From Acanthaster planci (taxonomy: Eukaryota), in NCBI RefSeq assembly GCF_001949145.1, contig NW_019091361.1, positions 558,144-622,000 of the forward strand: a stretch of DNA of 63,857 bases, given 5' to 3'. The position numbers and the translations under genes were made by a program. Shown here piece after piece: positions 22,520-37,300 of this stretch; position 1 is the first letter of the stretch, and every line of letters starts with the position of its first letter. The notes below the pieces were generated by a model. The model ran no database searches. It was not told the origin of the DNA and saw only the letters and a program-made list of their open reading frames with translations.

Positions 22520-22764
22520 TCTCTGGTTTCATGCCAACATCTAGACATTTCTTTAATCGACAGGCCGGGCAGTGTCGTCTGGTGTACAAGTCCATGACGC
22601 AGTTGCCATTGGCTTCACAGGTGAACTTGGCCTTGCTCTTGATCTTTCGGCCAAAGAAACTCTTGCAGCTTTCACAGGACACCACAGTGTAGTGAAGGCC
22701 ACTCGCCTTGTCCCCGCACACCAGGCACTTTTGTTTGCTGTAGTCCATTGACATCTTTTCAAAC
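22520..22764 (-). CDS. Nuclear receptor (NR1I/NR1J-like) exon encoding the complete C4 zinc-finger DNA-binding domain; first in-exon ATG at 22754
   Basis: Translation MSMDYSKQKCLVCGDKASGLHYTVVSCESCKSFFGRKIKSKAKFTCEANGNCVMDLYTRRHCPACRLKKCLDVGMKPE has canonical spacing C-x2-C-x13-C-x2-C-x15-C-x5-C-x9-C-x2-C-x4-C. Acceptor ...cccactacag|G at 22765/22764; donor GAGA|GTAAGT at 22520/22519 (phase 1). The frame is open up to the acceptor, so an upstream coding exon is possible. Confidence 0.95.
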
Positions 22765-25311
22765 CTGTAGTGGGACGGAGGAAGTGCAAAAATTTCTTTT
22801 ATAATGTATATATTTTGTTTTACAATTGTATGGCTATAGGTTATGTAACGCACAAAACGTTATGTAATGAAAAATCCAGCTTGCGTGTTCTGTTGTAAAG
22901 AATAAATTAATCAGAAACCACTTTCAAAAAGAGTACAGGTACATAAATACATGTATATGTATTCCTTAAAAACAAACCAAAAAACAAACACAAAAAATTC
23001 TCTTTGACAAAACCTTTCAAGTTCAACTTCTCTGAAAATGTAGACTGGAAAACGAGGTTAAGCACAGCGTCTTTGTGTACACCTGTACAAGCACATACAT
23101 GTACATAGCTCTGATACTTTTAATGGATGGCTACACACACCAAAAGCCCTAAGCAGTAGTACAAAAGAAAGGACTAAGCAACCCGGTAAGTACATGTAAG
23201 CTAATTCTAGCCCCCTAGATGTCACTAAGGAGAAACATTGCATACATCCAGGTTTTAACTTCCACAAATTTTTCATTTATAGAAGTTTTCAATAACTTGG
23301 AATGATTCTAAGAAAGAAGACAGAAACAAAAGAACAAAGGATGAAAAAGGTTATAGCAAGGCATACAAAGTGATAAGCAATATTAAGAAAAAAAGATCTG
23401 ATCTGAAGCAGGTGAATATGGTGGTACAGTCTTGGCAGATTCAAGAGCCATCTAAGCTCCTAACTTGCTTCACAGAAAACAACCTGGTTACAGAAAGCAG
23501 TCTGGTGAAGCTGACCAAATAAGAGAAGGAACTGAACACACACGTAGACGCACGCAACTCAGCTAGGCTGGAATAATGGTCACAGCCAGTCTTCACGACC
23601 ACATCTCGACCCACACACAGAAGACTCCATCAAGAACCTGGCCTGCTTCACAACAAAGTCTACCAGTCCCTTCCCTGACACGACTACATCAACAACCATC
23701 TATCCTCCCTCAAACACTCTATCAATTATACGTAGTCTCATCTTGAATCGAGCTCATCCTATATTTATAATTAATCCACTCTGACCTTGCTCCGTCTGCT
23801 TTCTCTCCATCACTTACTTCATTTTTTCACTCTCACATTTTTGTTTCCTTTCCTTTCCCTTGACATTCTTAACTCGGCTTTCTCCCCCTCAAAAAAAAAA
23901 AACTAGCTTTGAAAAGTAAAATGTCAAGCTGCTGTTTATATTTGGGCTCAGGGACGCATCACCTTCATCTGTCCACACAAGGTCGTTAGGGCAGGCTAAC
24001 ACCATTCCATTGATGAGACCGGCTCTAATTGCTCTGCTAATTTCAGCAGGAATTCATGGCCACAACCATCCAGTCTGTCATCAACAAACATGACTCACAA
24101 AAAATAAATGGGGGAGCTTTAACCTCAATTGGGTTTTAATCGAAAGTCCCCGTCCTTATTTCAACTTCCCCAAAGTCTGATGGATGCCTTCCGATCTGCA
24201 AAGGAGCAATCCATGTTGTTGGAATGAGGACTGTAATTAGGCCTTAGGAATACCAGCAGCAATATTACCCACAAACATGGGATTCCAAAAGTAATCCGAA
24301 CTTTGCTCTGCTCATTTTGCAATCTAAGCCCCCATTCTTGTCAATGATGAAGCTCCCATAGAAAAAAAAAACATTGGTCTGCATTTCTGAGCTATCAAGC
24401 TGGAAGATCTTCATCACACACACACCAGAGGACAATGACACAACTGGTACAGGAAATAAGACTTCTGGTTTTGACTACTTCCATGGCAGTGATAGACCAG
24501 GAACCTCAAACTAAACAAAAAGAAGTACATGTACAAAGACTTGCATCTGGTGGCACAGTTGGTTTGATCTTTGCTTTTACCTACATCTGTCATCTGCTTT
24601 TATCACTGGCCTGCTGGCATTATCAGCAGAACATGAATCACTTTGACATGTAATACTATTTAAACTTGGGTGTCAATGTGGAAACATGATGCTGACATAA
24701 CAAGCGATAAAAATCACACATGCCAGACCCCTTTTGACTGCTCACAAGTTTGGATCAGAAGCAGATTCAGTTTCAACCTTTCCACAAGACTAAATCATGC
24801 CTGTATTCATTCCTGGACAAGCAGATCAAAATATCTACAAGATTTATGACCATACGGTGTTTACTGACAGAAGAATGAACATTAACTTTTTCCCAAACAT
24901 TTCCCAGGATACATAAATTTACAGCGAGAACAATTATTGTTCCAATGGCACATCTCAATTACAAACCAATGTATTGAGATTGTTATTTGTGTTTTTTTTT
25001 AACACAGAATCAGACGTTGGTCTTTCATGCAACTGTGTTTATAAACCAACTTCAACAGAGGTTTGGTATGCAAAAAACCCAAGAAGTCATTCTGCACCTT
25101 CAATATTCTTAGAAAATGGCGCTGGCCGTAAATAACATGTCTGTGCTGTCTCTATCGTCTCTGCCTCTGCTCTTTGGAATTCGGCTGAAAATCTGTCAAG
25201 TTCCTGAGCAGCAACAACCAAGAGCTGACAGGCAGGTTACACTGCTCCATTACAAATGCGTATTGCTTGTACTACTCAGCCAGCGTTTATTGATTCAAGT
25301 GTAAAGCAAAC

Positions 25312-25332
25312 TGCACTATTGAACCCTGAACT
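25312..25332 (-). promoter_or_regulatory. Candidate nuclear receptor response element: three half-sites (DR1 + DR2)
   Basis: Minus strand AGTTCA-G-GGTTCA-AT-AGTGCA, about 2.5 kb upstream of the DNA-binding-domain exon. Confidence 0.4.
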
Positions 25333-28300
25333 TCAAGTCTTCAGCAGGCCACAGGAGTGGTGAGCTCACCTAAAAAACCCCAAACCCCCAAACTGAAGTC
25401 GGGTCATGTGCAAAAATTTACTTTAGCATCTACTGGGGGAGGGACCTTTCTAAAGTGGATTGAGAAAGGGAGATAAACAAGCAGTTAAAACAAACACAAC
25501 CAGAGGAATGATGGAATAATTACAGGATATTACTAGACAAGAAACAACAAATGCAGGAAGCTGTTATGGATGGGTTCCTGCCCAACCTTAAGGTTAACAC
25601 ACACATTTGATTTCTGGTCACCTGACTTGCTGTTAGTGTTTTAAAACAATCTCACAAATCAATTTATCAAATTCAACTCAATTACACTTGATATCATCGT
25701 CTAACTCCTTAGCAGAGGTATTTACCTATAGCATTAACTCACATAAACAACACTTCATGAATATTTGAGACCAAGCTACCCGGGGAAACTAGAAGTAATA
25801 AAGTGATCATTGCTTCCACTCAGTTTTACAAATACGGATTTCTACAAATGAGGTGTTAATCAACCGTTACAAATGGCAAACTCAATTCATCACCCAACTT
25901 ACATTTTACAAAAGCATTATGGAATTTAATTGCCTCACTTCAATCTGACCTTCTGTACTTCAAAAACAGACACTGTTGCATTGGGGGAAAATTGGAGAAA
26001 AACATGCAGTAGGAAAGGATGAAAAAAAAAAGGAACTGAGTATTCCCAAGTAGTACACAGGACCTGTCGCCACAGAGGCAACCGATGAATAACTTTGTCA
26101 ACTCCCAACTTTTCCTAACACAAGGCCCAACAAAGGATGCATTTTTGGAAAGAGTATACTGTTGAGTAACTGCCTGATTGCCTAATCACCTGCAGACCTT
26201 TTCACAGGAAGCACTCATCTGGATTAGAGTAAGAATTTGGCTTTTCATCAAGGCACAACAAAAGAATTACGAGCGGAAAAAAATTGGAAGCATGGAAATA
26301 GAAGCAGTGAACTTGGGAATTGCAAGCGAGGTCAGTGAATAACTGTATCTCTTTCTCAGCATGGAGTGGGGTTCCTTTTTGTCCTATCTCACTAGCGTTG
26401 ATACTGGTGGGAAAGTAGAGGTTTGGGTTCACAGTAGGGAGGCCGGGACCAGAGCAGCCTGTGTAAACATACCATCAGAAAGGCTATTTCACAGCCGGCT
26501 GCCTGCCACAAAAACCCTCTCTGTATTGACATAAGTTGCCACTCCACGCTCAGCCTTCATCCTGGGCTACCTGACAGGCTAGCTGCCACCTTGTCTTTTA
26601 ATCCGCTCCACTCCAAAGCGGAATACTGCAAGCTCTGTTAGCCTGGCAGTATGGGACTGTAAACTCCCTAAAGCCGGCATTTCATCGGCTCCACAAAAGC
26701 CACTATTGTGACTGCCAGAGTTCAGAAGACCTCAAAGCTCACATGTTTTGACAGCACCATGTAGACATTCAATTTTCTGCTTAAGCTGCAGACAATAAGA
26801 CCCAAAACTGCTAGGTCCATTTTTTTTTCTCCCCTTTTCTCCTCCTCTCCCCTCTTTTCCCCGCGCTCAACAGCAGACTGACTTGCATGTATCAAAGTGT
26901 AAGTCAGTGAGCAAGGAGATTAAATCCCTTCAGTGCCGGCATCATACACTCCAATCATGCCAAGTCCTCAAGAAATGCATTCATCATCAAAAATAACTCC
27001 AGGGAGAGGGAAAGCAAAAAAAAAAAAAAAAACCAGAATTGCGACCCACTAGTTAGTTGGGGGTTAAATTGTTGGCTGGCGGCTCATTATATAGTACAAT
27101 GCCCGGTGCATGTACTGACCAAGTGACAAGCAATCTAGGTGAATTCACCCAGATGGTGGCTCAGCTTAGTCTTGGACAAAATAATTTTACAAACTCAAGA
27201 AAGACACACATACACACACAACACTGACGTGACTGAACAAAGAACAGCGACATGACATCGTTCTTCAAAGGGCCACTGTTGCGTATGTTACAACACCCAA
27301 ACAAGCACGCCCAAAGCCCTTGTCGTGACAGTCTACTCCCAATATGCATCAACCTGCGGCATATGCACATTCATTACAAATGAAACACACTCCTCATTAA
27401 CATTTCCATATTCTCCACCTTACTACCCTCTCTTCCACCTTTCTCCTGACCAACAACGCTGGGATTTTCTGTTTATACATCCACAGCCGTGTGACAGGAC
27501 AAAGCCTCCCCAACTCCAGCTTCCTTGCTTGCCCAATCCCCATATCGCCCCGGTCTCCATGCACCAATTTAGCACGCTGCAGCGCCGTGGCACACTGTCC
27601 TAGCACGTCTGTACATTTCTGCTCCAGTTGCTATGGCATGACCTATATACAACGCGCACCGTCCACCTCAAGCTCAATTCCACATCAAGCCACCATGTGT
27701 TAATTTTTTCCCTGTTTTTCACACCTACACAGCTGTCTGTAATAACAGTCTGTGCAGGGGAGAAAAAAGATGGCACACCCAAGAGAGGAGAGTAGAAGAA
27801 AGGCCAAAGATAATTGAATTCTTGATTTTATGGTTTGATTTCACTCACACTTGAAGCATTTCTCGTAATTTCACTTACATGTTCATCTCAATTAAAATGC
27901 AATTTAGAGTTCCCCTGGTAACCAAGAAAGACTTTAAAGCATAACATTAGAGAAGGCAGTATCTGAAAAGATCAGTGCATTTTCATCAAAAGGAGGAAAC
28001 GATCCAGACCATCTTTTGCATCTTGAATAAAAAGTATAGTTAGAACTTGTTCGTGATTTTGCAGTATTCCAATTTCAATTTAAAGATTAATGGCTCATTT
28101 ATAAACCACAAATACATTATCAAACTCTAAATGTCATTTGGACAATTATCAATCACTGAATCCGTTGAATCTCCCAACTCACCCAAGTTTTGAAACAAAC
28201 AAGAATTACTCTGCATGCAATTCAGGACATACTTTTTTCATTAACAAAGAAGAATGCAATGTACTTCTGACTATTGGATTTAAAAAAAACAAATTGCACG

Positions 28301-31300
28301 TAAATGAAGTCGATAGTTGAATTCTTATCAAGCAGTTGATGGATAGCATTTTCTGACAGGGAGACTGAGATATTCCACTCTTACACACTTCAAAGTTTGT
28401 GGTGTATGGTCCTACTATTACAGATAATCTACCCGTGTTATCACTGTTGTGAGGAAAAATGGAGTAATTGCCCTATTTATTCCAAATTTGTATCTTTTAT
28501 ATGAGGAGATATTGGCACACAGTATTCCACAATAATACTGTCATATTTGGATAAACCATGCACTGTTTATACCCAGTCTACTTTAGGCATCTACCCTTAA
28601 GATCTCAACAGGTGAATGAAAATCTAAAATGATTGCTGTCTGTAACTTGTCCAAGACTTTTTCTAGCTATTCAGTCAATACTCAACATCTCAGCCAACAT
28701 GCTATAATGGCACAAGGAGTCCGCTACACAACACCAAGTTAGCTTTATGTTTAAGGTGGCACTACCTTAATCACTTCTTGTTAGGAATTTTATTCAGTTG
28801 AGAGGAACAGCCACTTTAATTCTTAGCCAAATCTTTCCAGATTGCTTCTCCAATGACTTCTTTGGGTGACATTGATTCTTAAATTGATCATGTGTCATGA
28901 CAATTAATGTTGCCGATTGTATGGGATCAGGTTGTGGATGACTTCCCAGCAAGATATCAATGACTCATTTAACTGCTTATCACAAATCATGGCAGGGCCA
29001 AGTTATCCATAATATATCACAACTTCGTCTTTTTTTCTTGTTTTTTAAAGCTCCGAAGTTGTCTACTCTCAGCAAAAGTGTGAACTGAACAGCATCACAA
29101 AATTGGCCCTGATAGAACAGAAGCCATATTTGGTAATGCTGGGGGAAAAAATCAACCAGGTTCTTGAAATAGAAAGAAGCAATTAGTCTTAACTTATCTG
29201 TAGGTAATAGCTAAGTTGAAGGCCTGCCCAGGAACAATTTGAAGAGGCGAACCATGTTCCAGTTCCAAAAGAACTGCTTATCTTCCTAATGAGACTCGGT
29301 ATTATGTTATGGCCCCATTTTTCTATCTGGTACAACAAGCTTTAATGGCTCTGCAAACCTTCAGATAAGACCTCCAAATGCAAACAGCCCAAATGCCTGG
29401 ATGTCTGAAGAAATAGCTCAGACAATGGTGCAAACTTCAAAAATCTTGCTCAGTACAGCTGGGTCAAAGTAGGAATTTCCAATCCCCATTTTGGGCCCAA
29501 CTGCAGCAAGGTCAAGCAGAAGGGCACCAAATAGATCTGCCAATTGTGTGTATTTGTTGATTTTCCGATGATAGAGTACACAGGGCACGGAACGCCACCC
29601 TCAAACTGGTGATAAGACTTGCAGAAATCAGTCTGCCTGACTGGAAAGTACACGTAAACCCTGTTTACGCTCATGCATATATCGGCATCTATATTCATAC
29701 ATGTACATGCAGAGGGGGGAATCACATGCATTTATACACAAAAGTTCCATGTTAATTTTCTTCCGAAGCTTAAGCTTGGGCCATTGGGAGCGACCATGAT
29801 TAAATTACCGAAGCTCCCTGTTGGATCATTGTGTGGACGGGTGAAGGGGGAAAAATGCATTAATAAATTAAAGATCACTCTTCTTGTCTCGTTGAGGTTT
29901 AGTATTCTTCTAAATGAAAAGGACGTTCTCAACACAGAGATATGAAAAAGGGTTTATAAAAGGAGAAGAAAATTGAATGAGAGAAATAAGACGCGGCATG
30001 ATCAGTGGAAATGGTACTCAATAAAAGCCGGTATGATGCATTCAAATATAGTGAAATGTTTGGTGCGTGAAAGGAAGTGAAGCTTTTTGAAGACGGAATA
30101 ATGGATGCTTACTGCACCAGCAGGATACCAATTAACTAATTGATTCATTAAATCTTGATGTTAATTGAATTCAAATGCCTTGCATCACCACTGTGACATT
30201 CAAACCAGCAAGGCATTCAATACAAGCCACCTAGACATGCTCAGTCATGTATTTTATTGGTTGGTGGTGATAGTTTAAATTTAAATCATATCTTCTCTTT
30301 TGTTTGGAAAGTATCAGACTCATGCATTGCAGGGAAGTGAGAAAAGCAAGGCTACCTTGGACCCTTGGCCAAGCTAGGCCACTGCAGAATAATGACTATC
30401 AGAAACTGAATTCTGTACCAAATTAAAACTGATCACAGTTGGGAAATACCTGCAAAATACCAGCAAAATTGAAATTGCTGCGAGAACATCAAAGCATTTC
30501 ATATCAGTTTGTTTTTTCCTTCCTTGAAGGTCAGTAAACAAACACAATTAAACATAGTTACACACGCCACCTCTTTTTCAAATACTTGGGAGTGTCCCCC
30601 TCCTTTTATAAATTGCAATACGACTTTGTTATCTCAAGGAGCAAATTTTACAATTATTAAGACCAGAAGAAAATCAAATATCTGGAAGGCAATCAAATGA
30701 ACTAGTCAGTGCTGAGTGTGGCGTGTTACTGACCATGCTCTCAACAACACAAGCTGAGAAAACAAGGCGGCTATGCAATCCCACGGACTCTGTCCAGTCA
30801 CACATGCACACGCACAGCAAGATTAAACACACTCGCACCGAACTGATTCTGCGTTAGTCATTCTTTTTCAGAGGGTTGTGGGAAGTGAAGCGATTCACAT
30901 CTCTCCAACAGGAAACAGTCATAACTTGAGCCCACCAACCTGAAAATATGAGAGGCAGTCCTATTGTCACTTTATCAGTTTTTTTTTCTTTGATCATGCC
31001 ACCTTTTTCCCAGTTTATGGTGAGCAGCAGGGACATTGTATGCCTGCACTGGCCCCATCTATGGGGCTAGTTTATATGGCCCAGTGTCTTATCTCTAGGT
31101 GGGCCATGCTTAATTGAATGTCATGGGGTGTGCAGGTTGGCACTTTATTAAATGCACAGACCCCCAACAGGTAGGATGAAATCCATCTCTCACAGACATT
31201 TACAACAGCTTGCAAGCATTTAGAATGGAAGATGAAGTAAAATCAGTTGTTTCTTAATACAGAATACATTTCATATCCCATCACTTGAGCATCCCATGAA

Positions 31301-34300
31301 TGTTTAAATACTAACACTTAGATGGTTATCAATGGCTTGTGTACTCGACAATCCTATCCTAAATATTCTACATGAGTATTTGAAGACTTTTATGCTACAA
31401 ATAAAGCTCGTTTTGAAATGAAATAAAAATGGGAAGTTTAAATGGGAGAAAAAATCCCAGTTCTATCTATTCCAACTTTAACACTGCTTCTTTTAATCTA
31501 CACCACTGAAAGTTGACCAGTGACTGACTATTTGACAAACATCTACCCAAACAGAAAAATTTTAATCTGAAAAGTAAAAAATCCACTGAAAGAGAACATC
31601 TTTGCAGGTGTATATACAATATTTAATTTCAGAAGGCATTTAAGTGGAAGTGTTTATGGAGAAAACATTATTAAAATTTGGCAATTTCCCCCTTGGTGTT
31701 CCAAAAGAATGTTTTGAGTTTTCAAATGCTGTTTCACCAGGAAGAAAGAAACACAGTCAGTCAAATAATGAAATGCAAGCTAACATTGGTAATGTCATGG
31801 CAAGCGCTCGGGCGCCAAAAAATAAATTTACTTTGCAGGAAACACAAACATTCAGCTGTGCACCATGTTTATATAAAAGAACCCACTCGCTTCAATTCCA
31901 CTCAGATTTATCTCGCTTCATTTTTTTTTTCGAAATTACTGTCCACAAAAAGACAACACCAGCTGAGAAAATACCAATTATGTAAATCAACACTTGTAAT
32001 TAAAAACTAAATTATGAAGTAGCATTCAAGTGTGCCAAATGAAGGGAGAAATTGGTCTCATCTCCAACGAAACAAATGAACAAAAAGACAAAATGCCTGC
32101 CATTACCGCTCTGCTCAATCTGTGTAATATATGAAAAGATAAAACCAACTGAAGTATTTCAGAAACACACAAATTATAAAAAGGAATTAAACGTCAATTA
32201 TTTTGTGGCGAGTACATTTGGTCATGACAAAAAGTTTGCAATTTGGTAGCTCTGGAGCTGTGATAAGTAAGACGTAAAAGCACTGAGCAGTTAGACTGAG
32301 CTGCAGGGGAAATAAGAATTATTGATGGATGTGGGAAGAAATCCAATTGATTGTTGCCAAATGTGAAATTCCTGCAGGCAACTGGCAAATATATTGGCCA
32401 GCAGTGACTTCAGATCACGTCTGATCAAGGAAAATAGCTTGTATGTCAATGTATACCACATAACCAAACACCTTCATGTCTGCTTTGCAATATCAACATA
32501 TGCAGTTGTCTGACACCAAACAGGGAAAAACAGAAGAATGCACAGATAAAAAAATATCAGAAGGGCACAGCCCCACCCTCTTGAAAGTCAAGGTCGTTGA
32601 GGCCCCATTTGGCAAAGTAATTTGTTCCGATATTGGTGAAGTAAATGAGTAGCACACATTGCCTGGCATTGCCTTGTCATTTCCGCTCCTCACAACCCGT
32701 TTTTGACTGATACATGCTGGGCTGTGTATCATTTACATGCAGACAGCTTCCATTAATTTGACTGCCGAGAGCCTCCAGTCTGATCGGACAGACAAGCGTG
32801 GCCAGTGTTAATTTGCCGTGCTGAATTGCAAGGCGTCCTGTGCGTGTGTCCGAGTGATTGCTTTGTGGCGTGTTGGTGGGCCAGCTCTGCAGTCATGGTG
32901 ACACTGTCTGTGCTGACTGACCTATAAAAAAAGGGCACCATGTCCTTGACAAATGACGATCTGTTTACCACCTCATCTTAGTTTGAAAATCACAAACAGG
33001 ATATTAAAGATATTTGAAAAACTATATTAAAAAAAGAGCATGAAGACAATTGAGCATTTCTGCAAATATCCAAGACACAGATCTTGACAAAAAACAGAAG
33101 ATATCACGTTTAATCTCACAAAATTGTGTAATCATTTGCAACCAAAAGTGTGAAACATCAAGGCATGCCATGTCAAATTTGTGGTGAATTGAAATGTCAA
33201 GCCCACCAAATGGCATTTCAACACTGGAAATCGGTTCATCCTCATTTCAACACCAAATGACGCCAGGCAAACCTTATCTTAACAGAAATTTCCTGAACAA
33301 GGGCCACGAACGATACAACTGAACATCCCGGGGGCAAGATGTCAAAATGACTTAAACAAAAAGGGTAAGGTCGTCATGTTGAAGTGATACATTTCTGACT
33401 TTTTAGAAAGACTTTACACCAGTTAAACATGAAACCTTTCAAATTATCATCACAATTCTTTGCCTCCTCCATGTTCAACTAAGAACACATTCTACAAGAG
33501 GATGGATTTCTGGGAAGCTAGAAGCCAGCAGGTTTAGTTTCCCTCTCATTAAAATCGGACTAATAAAACACAGGAAGAATGGGTTCTAATGAAGGCTAGC
33601 TTAGGTTGCAATTTTACTCAATGGCTAACACACCTTCAGGTAGTGACTCATCTGCAACTGTGCATCACACTCATCCTGCTACAACTACAACGCATGAATG
33701 ATACCCCTACCCTTCTTCATTACACAAAAGCCTTGACACTGACATCAGACACAGTTGTTTCCAACAAGATGTCTGCAAACTATTAACTGTAAAATATCAA
33801 TCCAACCAGGTTTCTTCATACTATCATGGTCATGTGACCTACTGAGTATCCATTGGGATTTCTTATTACCACCCGAGAAACATTGCAACATGGAAGATAC
33901 TAATGTCATCAAAAAGCAACAAGGGATACTCGAACCAACAGGAAGTCAAAGACAAATTAAAAAGAAGCTATAAACTGAGTCAAAATTTCAATTTTCCTTT
34001 ATTTTGCTTTATTTTTTTAATTTATTTTGCTCAACTTACTGATTACAACAGTATTTGTCTTCTCTACAGCTAAACTTCAAGCACATATAGATTCACTGCT
34101 CTGGCCAGTTGTGCTTAAAATGACTGATATGATACATTACTGAATATATAGATTTTATGGTAAAACTGCCAATAAACTTACTACTCCTTAATCCCAAATA
34201 TAGTTCGTAAAAGGCAAAGCTGAGTCCTTCAAACATTTTTTCATGGAATGAATTCCCCTAATCACACAGGCTAAGATGTGAACTTATTCCTTTGACCATG

Positions 34301-37300
34301 TTAAACTTGGTAGTTTCAGGTTGGTCAGCATTGCCATTTTACTTTGGCAGCAAGCCATGGTGAATTAAAGCCCCCCCCCAACTCTTAAGGGATATATCAA
34401 AATGGCAACCAGACAGCGAAATGAGTCCAATGTCACATTAGGCACACTCAACCCATCCTGCCAGTCCATCACTCACAAACTAAACCCACCAAGGTTCCTT
34501 ATGCACTGCAATGTCTGATCTCACTATGGGCTCTCCTAGAGCGAACGCCTTGGGAGAGTAAGACACGTGGAGATGGATGGGCTGGATGCAGCACAGACAG
34601 GGATATGTTTGCAAGATTCAGAGTGCGGAATAGGATTTACTTTGATTGGAGTGGAGTAATAAGGAAGAGAGAAACCATGTAAAGTAGGATTGTACAAATA
34701 CCAAGGACATTCAGCATTGGCTGGAGTAACACCTTCATTCTCACTTGCCAAGGAGGAAGGTTTCAGGCACATAGCAGCACTTACATTGCCAAGGCCTGAC
34801 TGTGATAATGACCAAAAGTAGAGCAGAAAGGAAAACCGTTTGTAAAAAGATCGCAACGGAGCTGCAGGAAAAATCCAGACCATACACCATCCTGTAAGAG
34901 TGCAATGCCTTTAAATTTCTGAATAAAATGGTCTTTCCCACTTTAAACCCCATCCAGTATTACTTCTAAAATTGCTTACAAGTTTTTCCTAGTGTCTATT
35001 CATATGCAATATAATCTTTTTGTAAAATGATCACTATTCAGCCCTTCCAGGGTGCCATGTCATTTAGTTTATAAAATAAACCATCCCCCCCCCAAAAAGA
35101 AAAAGTTATGATTCAATGCTGAGGTTAGTTTTCAATCTGCCAAAGAGGATTTGGACGGGGGGGGGGAAGAACAACAATCTTCAGAGTCATTCAGAAGGAA
35201 GGATGGACTCAAACAATTTCAGGAAGGCATAATGACATGAAAGCCTTCAACACATGGTATATTACTGCTCAACACAGGCTGTTTCAATCCAGGATTGATC
35301 TCTAACATACTGAAGGATATTTCTTGGCATAAGTTTCTGTTGGAGTTTGGTGTAATTGCAAAGCCGACACCTGCGGAAAATGAAATCATGTATTGAAGAC
35401 TTTTTTAAGGATTTTTGATTGAAAAATAGAGATTAGAACTAACTGAATTATCACAGTTAGCTAAGTTAAACTTTGGGTTACGATTCATATCCCATGAATT
35501 GCAGGGCACGTCCATCTTATTTGAGGATATTTTCTCCTTAACCTGGTCCCCATAAAAAAGCAGGCCTGTTTCAAAGATATTAACAAGTTGAAAGAACTCT
35601 GTGAGATACATTGTAACAGCAGCATTAGTCACTATGCAGCCAATCATGCTAGTCAGAACGATTACCGTGAATGATGCACATACCCAAATATAGCCCCAGA
35701 TTTTCTCAATTGCATAATGCATGACATATTGAGAATGCTCTCCATACTTGGCAACTTGCCATAGGGATTATGCTGAGCATTCCCATATCAACTACATCAT
35801 TTTATCATCCCCCTCCTGCTTTTTTTTTTTGTCCTTCAACTGGTCGTCTCTCTATTTTAAAGAAGAACAGTCATAAATTGAAAATAAATGAGATTTTTTT
35901 TTCATCTGGCTAATTAAGATAAAGATGCACACCCGTTTAATGTATTAAAGAGTTGGATGTAAAGTGACCATCTCTGCTAGTGAGCAACTGAAACATTTAG
36001 ACACCGTACGCTCTGAGGAAGTGATAAGAAATGGCATTCTCCACTTAAAAAAATTATCTTCAGATATAATTTTGAAGTGTTGAATCCTTGAATGTAAACT
36101 CTCGCTTTTATTAACTTCAAGCAAAAAAAAGAGACATTTCAACATCAATCTCTTGGAAACGTCAACGGAAAAATGAACCAAGCAATTATTATACTGGACA
36201 TGAAAATCATGAACGTCCAAGTATTACAATAGTACATACTTCTTAATTTAGAAAATGCCCCAAATACAAAATTAAATGGCTAATTTTCAACATACCCTCT
36301 CGGAATAAGGTGCACAGATCACGTATATTAAAAAAATATATTGCTGTCTTAATTTTCATGAAGAGGAAAAATGCGCAGTGGGAAATGAAAGATTGATTAA
36401 CTGCAATCTTGATGCATGGGAGACGTGTCTCCAATCAACGCGATGAGGCTTATCAATATACATTGCATGCATGTGTCCATGCCTATCACACGCCAACAAC
36501 TGTGCAGCTCACGCTAGAGTGATAACAGCTTAACGCACAGAGCTATGAACTTGACAAGCAGACTACATGTAGCATGAACCGCACAAAGAAGGAGGCCAGA
36601 GGTAGTTAAATGCAAACTGGAAAATGGCTTATCCAAACATTGCAAGTGACCCCCCATGCCCCACCCTACTTGGCCTAGTGGCCACAACAGTTCCAAGTGT
36701 CACAATACCTTTGTTGCAGAAGGATACCTGCCATACTCACAATGAGCATTCTAATCTCAAGCTACCATCTCTTTGAGCATGCAGCCGTCAGCATCTACTC
36801 TATGATCCCACTCATGTACACAGGACTACCAAATCAACCTGCCAAGCCAAGCCAACCCACTGGTGTCTTCCCAAGCTGTCCTGCAGTTGATCTGGTCTGT
36901 TATGTTTCCCTTTGGCCAAGCCTTGGCAAGCCCTGCTGCAGGGCACGTTCCTCTGTCCATCCATGGCCTCAACCCCCACACGCACCAAGCCAGATTGCTG
37001 AGGAATTCGGCACCACAAGCACGAATCGGGTAGTTCCAGAGTCTGGGCATCCCACTGCGCTAGCCCAGCACACCACTGGGGTTCTCCGATAACTCTATCC
37101 GGTTGCAGTAACCATGCTATAGCCATCGGGAACTGATTAGAGTCACTCAGATCAAGCCACCTTCTTAATTGTGCATTAGAGCCCTGGGGTTGCTTTTCAC
37201 CATCTAAGGCAACTGGCCATGCGGTTGACCACAGCAAAACATTCCCCAATCCTGAGGTAATGTTTCCAGTAAAATCATCTATTCCATATCCTTCTGATCT

